A stretch of DNA of 64,000 nucleotides, taken from assembly GCA_963796685.1 (NCBI GenBank), contig CAWCMR010000026.1:32001-96000 (forward strand), in the 5' to 3' direction. Shown one piece after another: positions 18,501 to 28,136 of this stretch (the stretch's first letter is position 1; each line of letters opens with the position of its first letter). The notes beneath the pieces are model-generated. The model was not told the DNA's origin and did not search any database. It worked only from the letters and a program-made list of their open reading frames with translations. The DNA is from an uncultured delta proteobacterium. GTDB taxonomy: Bacteria > Myxococcota_A > Polyangia > Fen-1088. A program made the translations under genes and the position numbers.

Positions 18501-19712
18501 TGATGCGCTTCGAGGGCAAGCTCTCACCCACCGCGACCGAGTCCATCTACGCGCTCTATCGCTCGCGCGACGTCGGCCGGCAACTCGATCCCGGCAGCCC
18601 CTTCTGGCGCAGTCTCTACCACTGGGAAGCTCACCTCCGGCGCGCAAAGCCGGATCATCCCCGGCCTCGTGCCGCAATTGAATTACAACCTGATCTACGA
18701 CGACAATCGTACGGCCCCGATCGCCCCTGGCGCGGCTGCAAGTGCCACGCCAGCAGGCGCGCCTGCAGCCGCAGGCTCAGGCGTCTTGAGCGTGAACCAG
18801 TGGGCCAACACGGGGCCCGCGGGCTCGGCCATCACGCCGGTCGGGCCGGGGCCCCTGGCTCTTCAAGCCCCAACGGTGACGGTGACGGGGTCGATCGGCG
18901 CGGGGCTTGGCATCTACCCCGGACAGTGGTTCGCCAAGCTTGCCCCGCTCGCCCTTTCCCCCAGCGTCGCGGTCGGTGACAGCGAGCAGACCGTCACCGG
19001 CTACAAAACCACCTACGGCCGCGTCTACGACTTCGTGGTGCTGGAAGTGTGGGGGGGGCGAAAATTGGAGATGCAGCTCTATCAGCGCTACCGTGTCACG
19101 ACCACCTCGACCGACGCTCAGCCCGAGCCCTACGAGAGCGCGACCACCACCATCCTGCAGAACCGCATCGTCTACCGGCCCATCTTCACCTCGCCCATTA
19201 CGCTTCTCCTCAACTATGCCAAGGATCGGGGCATCAATGACCCGACGCTGATTTCGAACGCCGGTCCGTGGTGGACCAAGGAAAGCTATCAGAGCACCCT
19301 GCAGTGGCTGATGCGTTGGAACCAGACGTTCACCACACGCTCGACCGCCACGGGAACGCTGGAGCGCACCTCGGACTCTTTCGCGGCGGGCGCCGATTCG
19401 GGCGAGTATCTACCCGCGGATCACTCCAAGTACTCCGTGTACGGCGAATTTCAGATCCGAATCTACCCGTTGCCTGAAGTCTCGGCCCTCTACATCTACC
19501 AGACCTCGGGCGTCGCGCGCTGGTTCGGCAGCGGCGTTGGCGCCTTCGAGGCATGGGAGCTCCTGCCGGCCGCCGGCGTGATCTGGCGCCTGGGCGACAA
19601 GCTGTATCTCGATGCGCAGTTCAGCTACGACTATCTCGGCTGCATGTCGGGCATCGCCTGCGCGCCTGTCTCGAGGGTGCTTCCGCACCTGTACTTCACC
19701 ATGAATCTGTAG
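15527..19712 (+). CDS. Large secreted/outer-membrane protein (~1,390 aa): beta-propeller, embedded DUF6599-like domain, putative beta-barrel (one extra base near 18628)
   Basis: Signal peptide; repeats of DGLPS..V...WFGT.KGL; ILPGTDRVYVDGELL..GTDYTI.Y..GQL.F; LYNQIDGGAPKY. ORFs 15527..18979 and 18669..19712 join on removing one base (YHWE-LTSGAQ). Ends in an amphipathic strand, HLYFTMNL. Confidence 0.75.
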
Positions 19713-19730
19713 CGGCGGGGTGATACCCTC

Positions 19731-20726
19731 GTGAACGTCATGCGTAGTCGGTGCCTGCTCTCGTTCCTGCTTGCTTCGGCGACGCTTTCCGCCTGCAAGT
19801 CGCGCACGACCGAGGTCGTCGTCTTCTACGCCAGCAGCCTCTCGGCGGTCTTGGGCGACGCGGCCGAGGCGTTCCACAGGGCCAATCCGGACCTACGCGT
19901 CCGCCTCGAGCCCTCGGGCTCGCAGGTGGCCGTACGCAAGGTGGTCGAGCTCGGCATGCGCGCCGACATCGTGACCGTCGCCGATGCGGCCCTCATCGAC
20001 AAGATGATGATCCCTGCGCACGCCACCTGGAACGCCGTGTTCGCGACCAACGAGATCGTCATCGCCCACAAGGATCACAGCAAGTGGACGGAGCAGATCA
20101 CGGCGCAAAACTGGCCCGAGATCCTCACGCGCCAGGGCGTTCGGCTCGGGCGGGCCGATCCCGACACCGCACCGGTCGGTTACCAGACCCTGATGGTCTG
20201 GCAGCTCGCCGAGACATCAGGCCTCTACGGTCCCGCGGGTGCGCAGCTATCCGAGCGCATGAAGGCCCAATGTTCGAAGGATCACGTGGTCCACGACGAG
20301 GCCGAGCTTCTGGCTCTGCTCGAATCGCGGGCCATCGACTACGCCTTCCTCTTTCGGTCGACCGCCGAGGACCACCACCTCAAGATTCTGGCGTTGCCGC
20401 CGGAGATCAACCTGTCCCGACAGGACCAGGCCGCGTCCTATGCCCGCGTCAAGGTCGGGATCCGCATGAAACAAGGGCAGGGCAAGGCAAGCATCGTCGG
20501 CGCTCCGGTGACCTATGGCCTCGCCATTCCGAACCGTGCCCCCCATGCCGCCGCCGCCAGCCGCTTCGTCGCCTTCTTGCTTGGCCAGTCCGGCCGCCGT
20601 TTGTTCGAGCGCAGAGGCTTCCACCCCGTCTCGCCCGCCCGGTGCGTTGCGTGCGCCGGCCTTCCCGCGGAGCTCCAGGCGCTCGTGCTGTCCGCCGCGC
20701 CCGCCGCCGAGGCGGCAACGCCGTGA
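19731..20726 (+). CDS. wtpA: Tungstate/molybdate ABC transporter substrate-binding lipoprotein (WtpA/ModA-like)
   Basis: Lipobox LSAC, YASSL, E.SGS, FATNEIVIA, I...NW.EIL, DP...P.GY, DYAF..RS.A..H.L, LP.EINLS, G.P.TYG..IP. Confidence 0.8.
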   Translation: MNVMRSRCLLSFLLASATLSACKSRTTEVVVFYASSLSAVLGDAAEAFHRANPDLRVRLEPSGSQVAVRKVVELGMRADIVTVADAALIDKMMIPAHATWNAVFATNEIVIAHKDHSKWTEQITAQNWPEILTRQGVRLGRADPDTAPVGYQTLMVWQLAETSGLYGPAGAQLSERMKAQCSKDHVVHDEAELLALLESRAIDYAFLFRSTAEDHHLKILALPPEINLSRQDQAASYARVKVGIRMKQGQGKASIVGAPVTYGLAIPNRAPHAAAASRFVAFLLGQSGRRLFERRGFHPVSPARCVACAGLPAELQALVLSAAPAAEAATP

Positions 20727-21943
20727 AACGCGCCTGGGTCCAAGCGGCGGTCGCGACGGTCGTTTTGGCCGCGATTCACGTTGGTATCGGCATGGCGCCC
20801 ATGTCGCCGTTTTCGCTGGGCGTGAACCTGGCGCTGTTCTTCACCAACCTCTTCGTGTTCTACACCGCGGCCATGGTGCTGCGCCGGCGCTCGGCGCGCT
20901 CGGTGTTGCTCTTCGTCGCCGGATACTCCGCGCTGTTCGTGCTGATCCTTGCCGTACTGAACAAGCCGCCGCTCTTCATCCTGCTGGTCATCGCCTACGC
21001 GGGGTTCTTCGGGGCGCCGGTGCTGCTCGGGTTCTTCGCCATCTTCGTTCTCTGCTTCGTGATCCTGCAGCCCTTCGCCTTCGAAACCTTCATTCCGCTC
21101 TCGCTCATCTACTCGGTCTACTGGATGACGCGCGGGAAAGCCTCGCGCTTCGCGCGCTTGTGTCTGTGTGGGGGCCTCTTGGCCCTGACCTTGGTGCTCT
21201 TTCCTCTCATCTACTTGAGCATGCAGGATTCCTTGCAGACGCTCTGGCGCACCTTCATGCGAGGAGACGTGGCCAGCGCCATCTGGCTGAGCCTGCTCAC
21301 CTCGACCATCGCCACGGTGGTGTTGGCAGTCTGGTCCGTGCCGCTCGCCTATGCACTGGCGCGCATCGATTTTCCGGGCAAGCGCTGGGTCGAGTCCATC
21401 GTCGACGTCCCCATCTTGGTTCCGCAGTCGGTGGCCGGGGTGGCGCTGATCGTGCTGCTCGGTCCGGGCAGCGTTCTCGGCGGTGCGTTCGAGAGCCTCG
21501 GGTTGCCCATTTCGGGCTCGCTGCTCGGCATCGTCATCGCGCAGGTTTTCGTGGCCGCGCCCTTTCTCGTGAAGACGGCGATGACGGCCTTCGAGGCGGT
21601 GCCGCTACAGTACGAGCTGGCATCGCGCAGCCTGGGCGCGTCGCCGGCCGCCACCTTCGCGCGCATCTCGCTGCCACTGGCCTCGCGCGGAATCATGGTC
21701 GGCGCCACGCTGGCCTGGGCGCGCGCCATCAGCGAATTTGGCTGCATCGTGCTCTTCGCCAGCTCGCCGGTCACCGCGCCGGTCCTGGTCCACACGGAAT
21801 TCTTGCGCGCCGGCGCCTCGGAAAGCCGGCCCATCGCCATTCTGCTGCTCATCATCTGCTTGTGGGTATTCGCGATGTTGCAGTTCGGGCAGTCCCTGAT
21901 GCCGTTCGCCCTGCGCGGCCCGCGCGGAGGCCGTCACCCATGA
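20723..21943 (+). CDS. wtpB: Tungstate/molybdate ABC transporter permease with N-terminal membrane extension
   Basis: PLAY.LAR..FPGK..VE.IVD.P..VP..VAG.AL, EAA loop (ELASRSLGASP), WARAISEFG; GTG overlaps the upstream stop. Confidence 0.85.
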   Translation: MKRAWVQAAVATVVLAAIHVGIGMAPMSPFSLGVNLALFFTNLFVFYTAAMVLRRRSARSVLLFVAGYSALFVLILAVLNKPPLFILLVIAYAGFFGAPVLLGFFAIFVLCFVILQPFAFETFIPLSLIYSVYWMTRGKASRFARLCLCGGLLALTLVLFPLIYLSMQDSLQTLWRTFMRGDVASAIWLSLLTSTIATVVLAVWSVPLAYALARIDFPGKRWVESIVDVPILVPQSVAGVALIVLLGPGSVLGGAFESLGLPISGSLLGIVIAQVFVAAPFLVKTAMTAFEAVPLQYELASRSLGASPAATFARISLPLASRGIMVGATLAWARAISEFGCIVLFASSPVTAPVLVHTEFLRAGASESRPIAILLLIICLWVFAMLQFGQSLMPFALRGPRGGRHP

Positions 21944-22725
21944 TCGAGCTGACGAACCTCCGCTGCACCTTCGGCGACTTCGCGCTGCGGGACATTTCCC
22001 TGCACCTCGACAAGGGCGACTACTGGGTCATCCTGGGTCCGAGCGGCTGCGGCAAGTCGGTCCTCTTGCAGACCATCGCGGGCTTCTTCGCGCCCGCGCA
22101 CGGGCGGATCCACGTGGACGGCCGCGACGTGACCGGGGTGGCGCCCGAGCATCGCAAGATGGGGCTCGTGTTTCAGCAGGCCGCGCTGTTCCCCCACAAG
22201 TCGGTTCGCGAGAACATCGCGTACGGCTTGCGTGCGCGCAAGGTCGCGCGCGAGGAGGTGGACCGCACCGTCGACGACTTGATCGTGCGTCTCGGGTTGC
22301 GTGCCATCCTCGGTCGTCCGGTGGCCACGCTCAGCGGGGGCGAGGCGCAGCGCGTGGCCGTGGCGCGCGCCCTGGCCATCAAGCCCGATCTGCTTCTTCT
22401 CGACGAGCCCATGAGCGCGCTCGACCACAACACGCGCCTCGAATTGCAGACGGAGCTGGCCAGGGTTCACAAGGAGCTGGGACTGACCACCCTGCACGTC
22501 ACGCACAGTCGCGAGGAGGCTGCGGCCTTGGGCGACCACGTCGCCATCATGCTGGGCGGCCGCATCGTGCAACGCGGAAGCGCGGCAGAAGTGCAAGGTC
22601 GACCGCGTTGTCCGTTCGTGGCGCGCTTCCTCGGACTGGAGCCGTCCTCTATTGTCGCATTGCCGGCCTGCGCCCACCGCTGCGTCGAAAAGCCGGGCGA
22701 ATGCGTCGCAGAAGAGGCAAGCTAA
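21940..22725 (+). CDS. wtpC: Tungstate/molybdate ABC transporter ATP-binding protein
   Basis: GPSGCGKS, LSGGEAQR, LLLDEP, HVTH; ATGA overlap with the permease. Confidence 0.9.
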   Translation: MIELTNLRCTFGDFALRDISLHLDKGDYWVILGPSGCGKSVLLQTIAGFFAPAHGRIHVDGRDVTGVAPEHRKMGLVFQQAALFPHKSVRENIAYGLRARKVAREEVDRTVDDLIVRLGLRAILGRPVATLSGGEAQRVAVARALAIKPDLLLLDEPMSALDHNTRLELQTELARVHKELGLTTLHVTHSREEAAALGDHVAIMLGGRIVQRGSAAEVQGRPRCPFVARFLGLEPSSIVALPACAHRCVEKPGECVAEEAS

Positions 22726-22731
22726 GGGGCC

Positions 22732-23793
22732 ATGCAGCCGGAGCGCACACCTCTCGCCAAGGTCTTCAACACGCCGTTCCTGTCGCTCGACGGCACCAGC
22801 GTGGAGATGGCGACGCTGCTCTTCCTGTTCCTGGCGGTCCTCGTTATCAGCAATGCCCATCGTCATCGGCAGTTGATTCGGCGATTCGTGCAGGCGCTGT
22901 CGTTCGTGGTCTTCTTCTACGTCGTGTATTCGTGTCTGGGCGTGTTCGGCATGATCCGCAACGGACTCTACGGCCTGACGCTGGTGGGGTCGGCCTACAG
23001 CGAGTCCTTCTACTGGCTCGCCCTGCCCATCGTGATCATCGCCGTGACCTTGCTGCACGGCCCGGTCTTTTGCGGTTGGATCTGCCCCACGGGGAGTTTG
23101 CAGGATCTCTCCGGCTGGGTTCGCAAGCGGTTGCCGCGACGGCCGGGCGGCCTCAGCCGCGCGCAACTCTTCGCCATCGCCGGCGCGAGCCTGGGGTTCA
23201 TCGCGCTCATGGTTTGGCTGGGGGTCAGGAAGAAACTGTTCATCGAGGACTCGAGCTTGCACTGGGCCGCCATGCTGCTCCTCTTGTGCTGTCTGGTCCT
23301 GGCCGGCGTGATCGACGACATCCCGACGCGCAAGCTCCGCATCCTCAGCTTGGCCGCGATCTTCCTGACCGCGGTCTCGCACATGGTAGTGACCTCGCCC
23401 GTGCACTTCGCGTTCACGGCGCGTGACGATCCGGCCTCCGCGCTCACCACGCTGGTCATCCTCGTGGCTGGAACCTTCGTGCTGCGTTCCTGGTGCCGCT
23501 ACCTTTGTCCCTGGGGCCAATTCATGGGCTTTTTGCACAGGTTTTCCCGCCTGCGCATCCTGCTCGACGCCGGCAAGTGCAACCACTGCGGCGTGTGCGA
23601 CACCAGCTGCGACGTGGCTGCCATCGAGAAGGGCGTGATTCGCATCTCGAGCTGCCAGTTCTGCTACGCCTGCGTGGACCACTGCTCGAATTCGGCGCTG
23701 AAGGTCGAAGATGTGTGGTCGATTCGTACCAAGCAGGAAAGCGATCAGGCCCAAGCGAAGGCGTCCGCACCCGGCGAGAGCGCGCCGGCATGA
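22732..23793 (+). CDS. 4Fe-4S binding membrane protein (NapH/NosR-C-like)
   Basis: TM helices, GPVFCGWICPTG, WCRYLCPWG, CNHCGVCDTSC, CQFCYACVDHC. Confidence 0.88.
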   Translation: MQPERTPLAKVFNTPFLSLDGTSVEMATLLFLFLAVLVISNAHRHRQLIRRFVQALSFVVFFYVVYSCLGVFGMIRNGLYGLTLVGSAYSESFYWLALPIVIIAVTLLHGPVFCGWICPTGSLQDLSGWVRKRLPRRPGGLSRAQLFAIAGASLGFIALMVWLGVRKKLFIEDSSLHWAAMLLLLCCLVLAGVIDDIPTRKLRILSLAAIFLTAVSHMVVTSPVHFAFTARDDPASALTTLVILVAGTFVLRSWCRYLCPWGQFMGFLHRFSRLRILLDAGKCNHCGVCDTSCDVAAIEKGVIRISSCQFCYACVDHCSNSALKVEDVWSIRTKQESDQAQAKASAPGESAPA

Positions 23794-25259
23794 ATTCGCG
23801 CACCCTCGTCGCCGCCCTGGTTTGCTCGTTGCCATGTCCCGCCGCCGCCGCGGAATGCCAGGTTTGGTCGCAAAGTCGGTGCGACGCGCAGAACCAGGCC
23901 TCGATCGAGCTCGGTGCTGCCGATGCCGCCCCGCCGCACGCCTGGAGCTTCGACGGCAGCGGTCGCGTCTGGGGCTACGAGCCCGGTCTGACGGTCTGGT
24001 CCTCGCCCGCGCTGGGCGTGGCTGGTGACCAACCCATCGTCGTGGCGGGCAACTACGACCACACGATCTATTGTCTGAACGCCGCCACCGGCGAGACCCT
24101 GTGGCAGCTCACCACGGGGGGGCCAGTCTATGCGGCCCCGGTCTTTTTTCAGGATGGTGCACGCCAGATCGTGTTCGCCGCCTCCAACGACCGCATCGTG
24201 TATGCCATCGATCCCGCGCTGGGCCGCCAGATCTGGGTGCATGCGGTCGAGGACTTCCGTCCCACCCTGGGCGGTGCGCGCCTCGCCGCTCCTTGCGTGG
24301 GCGGTACCGGCGACCAGGGCGAGAAAGACGACGCGGTCTTCGTTCCCTACTGGATCTGGGATCGCTCGCTTGCCCACAGCGAGCAGCGAAGCGGCGTGGT
24401 CGCGCTCGCTGTCGAGGATGGACATCTCCTCTGGCGCGCGGATCTGGGGGACAACGAGTTGACCGCCGCCATCTTCGTGCGCTTGCAAGGCCGGGGAACG
24501 CTCTTCCTCGGCTCGTCGAGCGGCAACATCTACGCCATCGCGGCCAAGAGCGGCCAGGTGCTGTGGAAGAAGGCCGAGCTCGACTGCGTGCGAAGCCCAC
24601 CGGCTTTTGTTTCGACCAGCCAGGGACCCATGCTGGTAACGGGATCCAAGTTCGGGACCGTGCGCGGACTCGATGCGCTCACGGGGGCCGAGCGCTGGCA
24701 GTTCCGCACTGGCGACAGGATCACGGGGGCGCCGGCGACTCTCGCGGGAACGCCGCCGCGGGCTTTCGTGGGCTCGTACGATCGGAATCTCTACGCCATC
24801 GGGGCAGACGACGGCTCGGCGCTTTGGCACGACACGGCCCGCGGCGGGGTCTTTTCCTCGCCCGCCATCATCGCAGGCGGCGGTGAACCGATGGTGTTGT
24901 CCATGGCCTGGGACCACATGCTGCACGCAAACGCTCTCGACCGCGGGCGGCCGATCTTTTCCGCGTTCACCGGCCGGCCGCTGTGGAACGTGGGCGGCAT
25001 GGACGACAGCAATTGGTCTTCGCCGGCCGCCGGGCGCATCCACGGTCATTGGATGGCGTTCGTGGGCAGTTACGACGGAACCTTGCGCGCGCTTCCACTC
25101 GGCGCGCACGAACGCTCGGCGCCAGAGCTTCGATCCAATCTGTGGTTCTGGCTTTCCTTCCCGATCTTTCTCGTGCCCATCGCCGCCGTTGCGATTCTTC
25201 TCACCCGGCGCGAGCGGCGACGCAGGCTCGGGCTCGGGGCCTCTATTCCAGCTCGTTGA
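23790..25259 (+). CDS. PQQ-binding-like beta-propeller repeat protein with C-terminal membrane anchor
   Basis: Signal peptide, repeated SSP...GSYD..YA..A..G...W units, C-terminal TM followed by RRERRRR. Confidence 0.85.
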   Translation: MNSRTLVAALVCSLPCPAAAAECQVWSQSRCDAQNQASIELGAADAAPPHAWSFDGSGRVWGYEPGLTVWSSPALGVAGDQPIVVAGNYDHTIYCLNAATGETLWQLTTGGPVYAAPVFFQDGARQIVFAASNDRIVYAIDPALGRQIWVHAVEDFRPTLGGARLAAPCVGGTGDQGEKDDAVFVPYWIWDRSLAHSEQRSGVVALAVEDGHLLWRADLGDNELTAAIFVRLQGRGTLFLGSSSGNIYAIAAKSGQVLWKKAELDCVRSPPAFVSTSQGPMLVTGSKFGTVRGLDALTGAERWQFRTGDRITGAPATLAGTPPRAFVGSYDRNLYAIGADDGSALWHDTARGGVFSSPAIIAGGGEPMVLSMAWDHMLHANALDRGRPIFSAFTGRPLWNVGGMDDSNWSSPAAGRIHGHWMAFVGSYDGTLRALPLGAHERSAPELRSNLWFWLSFPIFLVPIAAVAILLTRRERRRRLGLGASIPAR

Positions 25260-25794
25260 CGACCAGGGGGATCTGGCTACCGGTGACATCGCCGATGCTG
25301 TTGATCACGCCGGCTCGAGTAAATTCTGCCAAGGTCCCGTTGCAATTCATGTCGCCCTTCGAAAACGCGGTGAACTTCGCGGCGACCCCGGTTCCCGAGG
25401 CGCTGTACCCGGGCATGTAGTGGTGTGGATCCGGCATGGCGAAATCGAGCGCCTTCCAGACGGGATCCGAGGCCCAGATCGGGTTGTTGCCGGGGCAGGC
25501 GGCGCCAGTCAAGCAGCCGCATTCCCTCGCACTGGCCCAGGCCGCCGATGGGCCGGGGAACTCCTTGGTCAGGACCTTTCCGAACGCCACGGTGTGATCG
25601 GACTCGTAGTACGCCAGCGAGCCAACCCACTCTTTGTTCAGTTGCCCCACGGCCTCGGATGTTCTGGCTTTGCGGACGTACCGGCTGAAGGCGGGAATGG
25701 CGATGGCAGCCAGGAGCCCGATGATTGCCACGACAATCATCAGCTCGACCAGGGTGAATCCAGAGATCCCGTGTCGGATTCCACGTGGTGCCAT
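25243..25794 (-). CDS. Type IV pilin (prepilin N-methylation motif)
   Basis: G|[29 protein letters not shown]; C-terminal GD.NC.G. Confidence 0.93.
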   Translation of the reverse strand: MAPRGIRHGISGFTLVELMIVVAIIGLLAAIAIPAFSRYVRKARTSEAVGQLNKEWVGSLAYYESDHTVAFGKVLTKEFPGPSAAWASARECGCLTGAACPGNNPIWASDPVWKALDFAMPDPHHYMPGYSASGTGVAAKFTAFSKGDMNCNGTLAEFTRAGVINSIGDVTGSQIPLVVNELE

Positions 25795-25834
25795 GCCTGC
25801 TCCTAAATGCCAAAGACCTTCTTGTTGCGGATTA

Positions 25835-25850
25835 TGCAGCAACAGTGCCA
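25835..25850 (-). promoter_or_regulatory. Sigma54-type promoter of the pilin gene
   Basis: Minus strand TGGCACTGTTGCTGCA with correct GG(-24)/GC(-12) spacing, about 40 bp upstream of the ATG. Confidence 0.65.
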
Positions 25851-26100
25851 AAAGCATCTTCGCCGGAAAGAATGGAAAAATCCATGGTCTTTCCAGTGAA
25901 TTGTGAGACGCGTCACTTGCCCCACTATCCCGTTGAGTTTACGGACTGCCACTTTTTGCCCCTTTGAAGGCGGAGATTGGACGTTTAGCGTCTGCTGCGA
26001 GAGGCGGCCTTATTCCCCGGCAACCGGATGTCGCGCCTTGGGGCGCCACTTCCCTGATCGCCGGTGAAATCCGAGCGCGGTTCGACTAGGCTTCGGCCTC

Positions 26101-27204
26101 ATGCGCCCCCCCACCGCACGCGTGTCACCTGCCGCCACGGGCCAGCTCGAGCTTCGAGAAGGCTCCAGCCGACTCGTGGCCCTGTTGCGCGAGAGACAGA
26201 AGTTGCTGGCCAACGTGACACGAAAGAAGGGCAAGCTCGAAAAGCTGCTCGCGACGGTGGACGCCCAGCATGTGCAGATGGTGCAGCTGTCGAGCGCGGT
26301 CCGGCCTCTGCTGGCGCAGGGACAGGCGCTCGATCGCGAGGTCCACGGGCTCTTCGCCGCCATCCTGGCCAGGCCGAGCCTGAAACGAAGAGATCGGCGC
26401 CTGATCCAGGATCTCTACCAGACGCTGCAGCTAAAGGGGGTTCTGACCCCCACGCCGGCTCCCGACGATGACCTGTTCGAATTCGACCATGGGTCTGGCC
26501 AGGGAGCATCGGACTTTCCCGCTGACGAGGTCCCGCCGTCGCCCGACCCGGCTGCTGAAAGTCCGTCCGCGAGGCGCGCGTCCGGCTCCACCGCGACGGC
26601 CATGCGGGATCTCTTTCGCCGCCTCGCGACCGCCATCCACCCCGACAAGGCCCAGGACGCGGATTCGCAGGAAAAGTGGACCGAGGTCATGAAGGAGGTG
26701 ACCCGCGCCTACCAAGACGGCGATCTGGCCCGCCTGCTCGAGCTGGAGAAGGTGTGGCTCGCGGGGGAGTCCCCCGACGCCGGCAACGATGAGGACGAGA
26801 CGGAACGGCGCTGCTCCAGCCTCGAGCAAACCAACCGCGAGCTGAAGCGTCAGCTCAAGGACCTGGACGCAAGAATGCGCGAGCTCAAGCGTTCGGCTCC
26901 CGCCGAGCTGGCAACCGCCCTTGGTCTTGGAGGCAGGCACGGGAATGCTCAGGTCAGCGAGGTGGTGTCCACGCTCGAAGACGAGGTCGAGGCTTTGCGG
27001 GAGACCCGTGATTTCGTGCAGTCCTTCGCTGACGGCAAGATCACCTGCGCCCAGTTCGTCGCTGGACCTTCGGGCGGGCAGGTCACGGATCCTGACGAGG
27101 AGCTCGAAATGGGCGATCTCGAAGATTTTCTCATCGACGCCTTCATGTCATCGGGCTTCGGCGCTCAGGGCCCCCGCGCTTCTCGCCGCCGCCGAGGGAG
27201 GTGA
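26101..27204 (+). CDS. Coiled-coil protein with internal J-domain-like (HPD) segment
   Basis: RDLFRRLATAIHPDK......MKEVTRAY; heptad-rich flanks. Confidence 0.75.
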   Translation: MRPPTARVSPAATGQLELREGSSRLVALLRERQKLLANVTRKKGKLEKLLATVDAQHVQMVQLSSAVRPLLAQGQALDREVHGLFAAILARPSLKRRDRRLIQDLYQTLQLKGVLTPTPAPDDDLFEFDHGSGQGASDFPADEVPPSPDPAAESPSARRASGSTATAMRDLFRRLATAIHPDKAQDADSQEKWTEVMKEVTRAYQDGDLARLLELEKVWLAGESPDAGNDEDETERRCSSLEQTNRELKRQLKDLDARMRELKRSAPAELATALGLGGRHGNAQVSEVVSTLEDEVEALRETRDFVQSFADGKITCAQFVAGPSGGQVTDPDEELEMGDLEDFLIDAFMSSGFGAQGPRASRRRRGR

Positions 27205-27293
27205 AGGTGACCGGGAAACGGCTCCCAGGAGTCCCTACGCCCGTTTCCGCTTGCGCGATGAGTTGAGACGGAATTCGTTGCGCGGTCGCACTA

Positions 27294-27490
27294 ATCCCGC
27301 GACAAGAAGAGCGACAGCGCGGAACGTACCAGACAGAGACACCTTTCCACGACGGATGCACGCACCTGTCGGAACGATGACGGGTGGTCGTAGACGTAGA
27401 CGGCTCACCGTGGCCGTGGCCGACGAAGATCACTCCGGCCACGGCCAGGGCCACGACTACGACCACGACCCTCTGCGGCTATCGCGGGAT
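27294..27490. mobile_element. MITE-like element, family A, copy 2 (inverted relative to copy 1)
   Basis: CTAATCCCGCGA (27291-27302) / TCGCGGGATTAG (27482-27493) inverted ends with TA flanks; same hairpin loop (GACGAAGATCACTCC on +). Confidence 0.75.
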
Positions 27491-27581
27491 TAGGGCGGTC
27501 GGCATAACCAACGCCGGGATCTGGCATCAAAGCCGATATGACAGTTCGAGTCGTCGCCTGTATTCCAAGAAGGAGGAATCC

Positions 27582-28115
27582 ATGAATCGCCTGCTCAGCT
27601 CTCGCATCCCGTTGGCCCTCGCTCTTGCCGGACTGCTTCCCGCGTGTGCATCGAAGCCCCAGACGAAGCCGACCGCCGGACCCGTGCGGCCGTTCGTCGA
27701 GCGCCACCCGAGCGTTCCGCAGGAAGCGCCCAACGCCACCACGACGACCGTGCACCTTTCCGACGAGATCGTTCGTGCTTGCGGGATTTCCGATCCCGAT
27801 TCCTACTTCGCGTTCGACTCGGCCCGGCTCAACGGCGAGGACGTGCGCGTGCTCGACCAGGTCGAAACCTGTTTCGCCTCGGGTCCCCTCAAGGGGCGCA
27901 AGATGAAGCTGGTGGGACGCGCGGATCCGCGCGGTAGCGAAGAGTACAACATGACGCTCGGCCAACACCGCGCCGACTCGGTCGTGAAGTACCTGGCGTC
28001 GAAGGGCCTGGCCAGCAACATGATGGAGAGCACCAGCCGCGGAAAGCTGGACGCCGTCGGCACCGACGAACCTTCCTGGGCGCACGATCGACGCGTCGAC
28101 ATCCTGCTCGACTAG
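27582..28115 (+). CDS. pal: OmpA/Pal family peptidoglycan-associated lipoprotein
   Basis: RBS AAGGAGG, lipobox LPAC, YFAFDS..L, G.ADPRGS.EYN..LG..RA..V..YL, DRRVDI. Confidence 0.85.
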   Translation: MNRLLSSRIPLALALAGLLPACASKPQTKPTAGPVRPFVERHPSVPQEAPNATTTTVHLSDEIVRACGISDPDSYFAFDSARLNGEDVRVLDQVETCFASGPLKGRKMKLVGRADPRGSEEYNMTLGQHRADSVVKYLASKGLASNMMESTSRGKLDAVGTDEPSWAHDRRVDILLD

Positions 28116-28136
28116 CCCGGCCGAACAGCGAGGCGA

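Noticed and set aside
26040-26100. GGTTCGACT T-loop-like sequence as a tRNA
   Set aside because: No cloverleaf, acceptor stem or CCA end could be built
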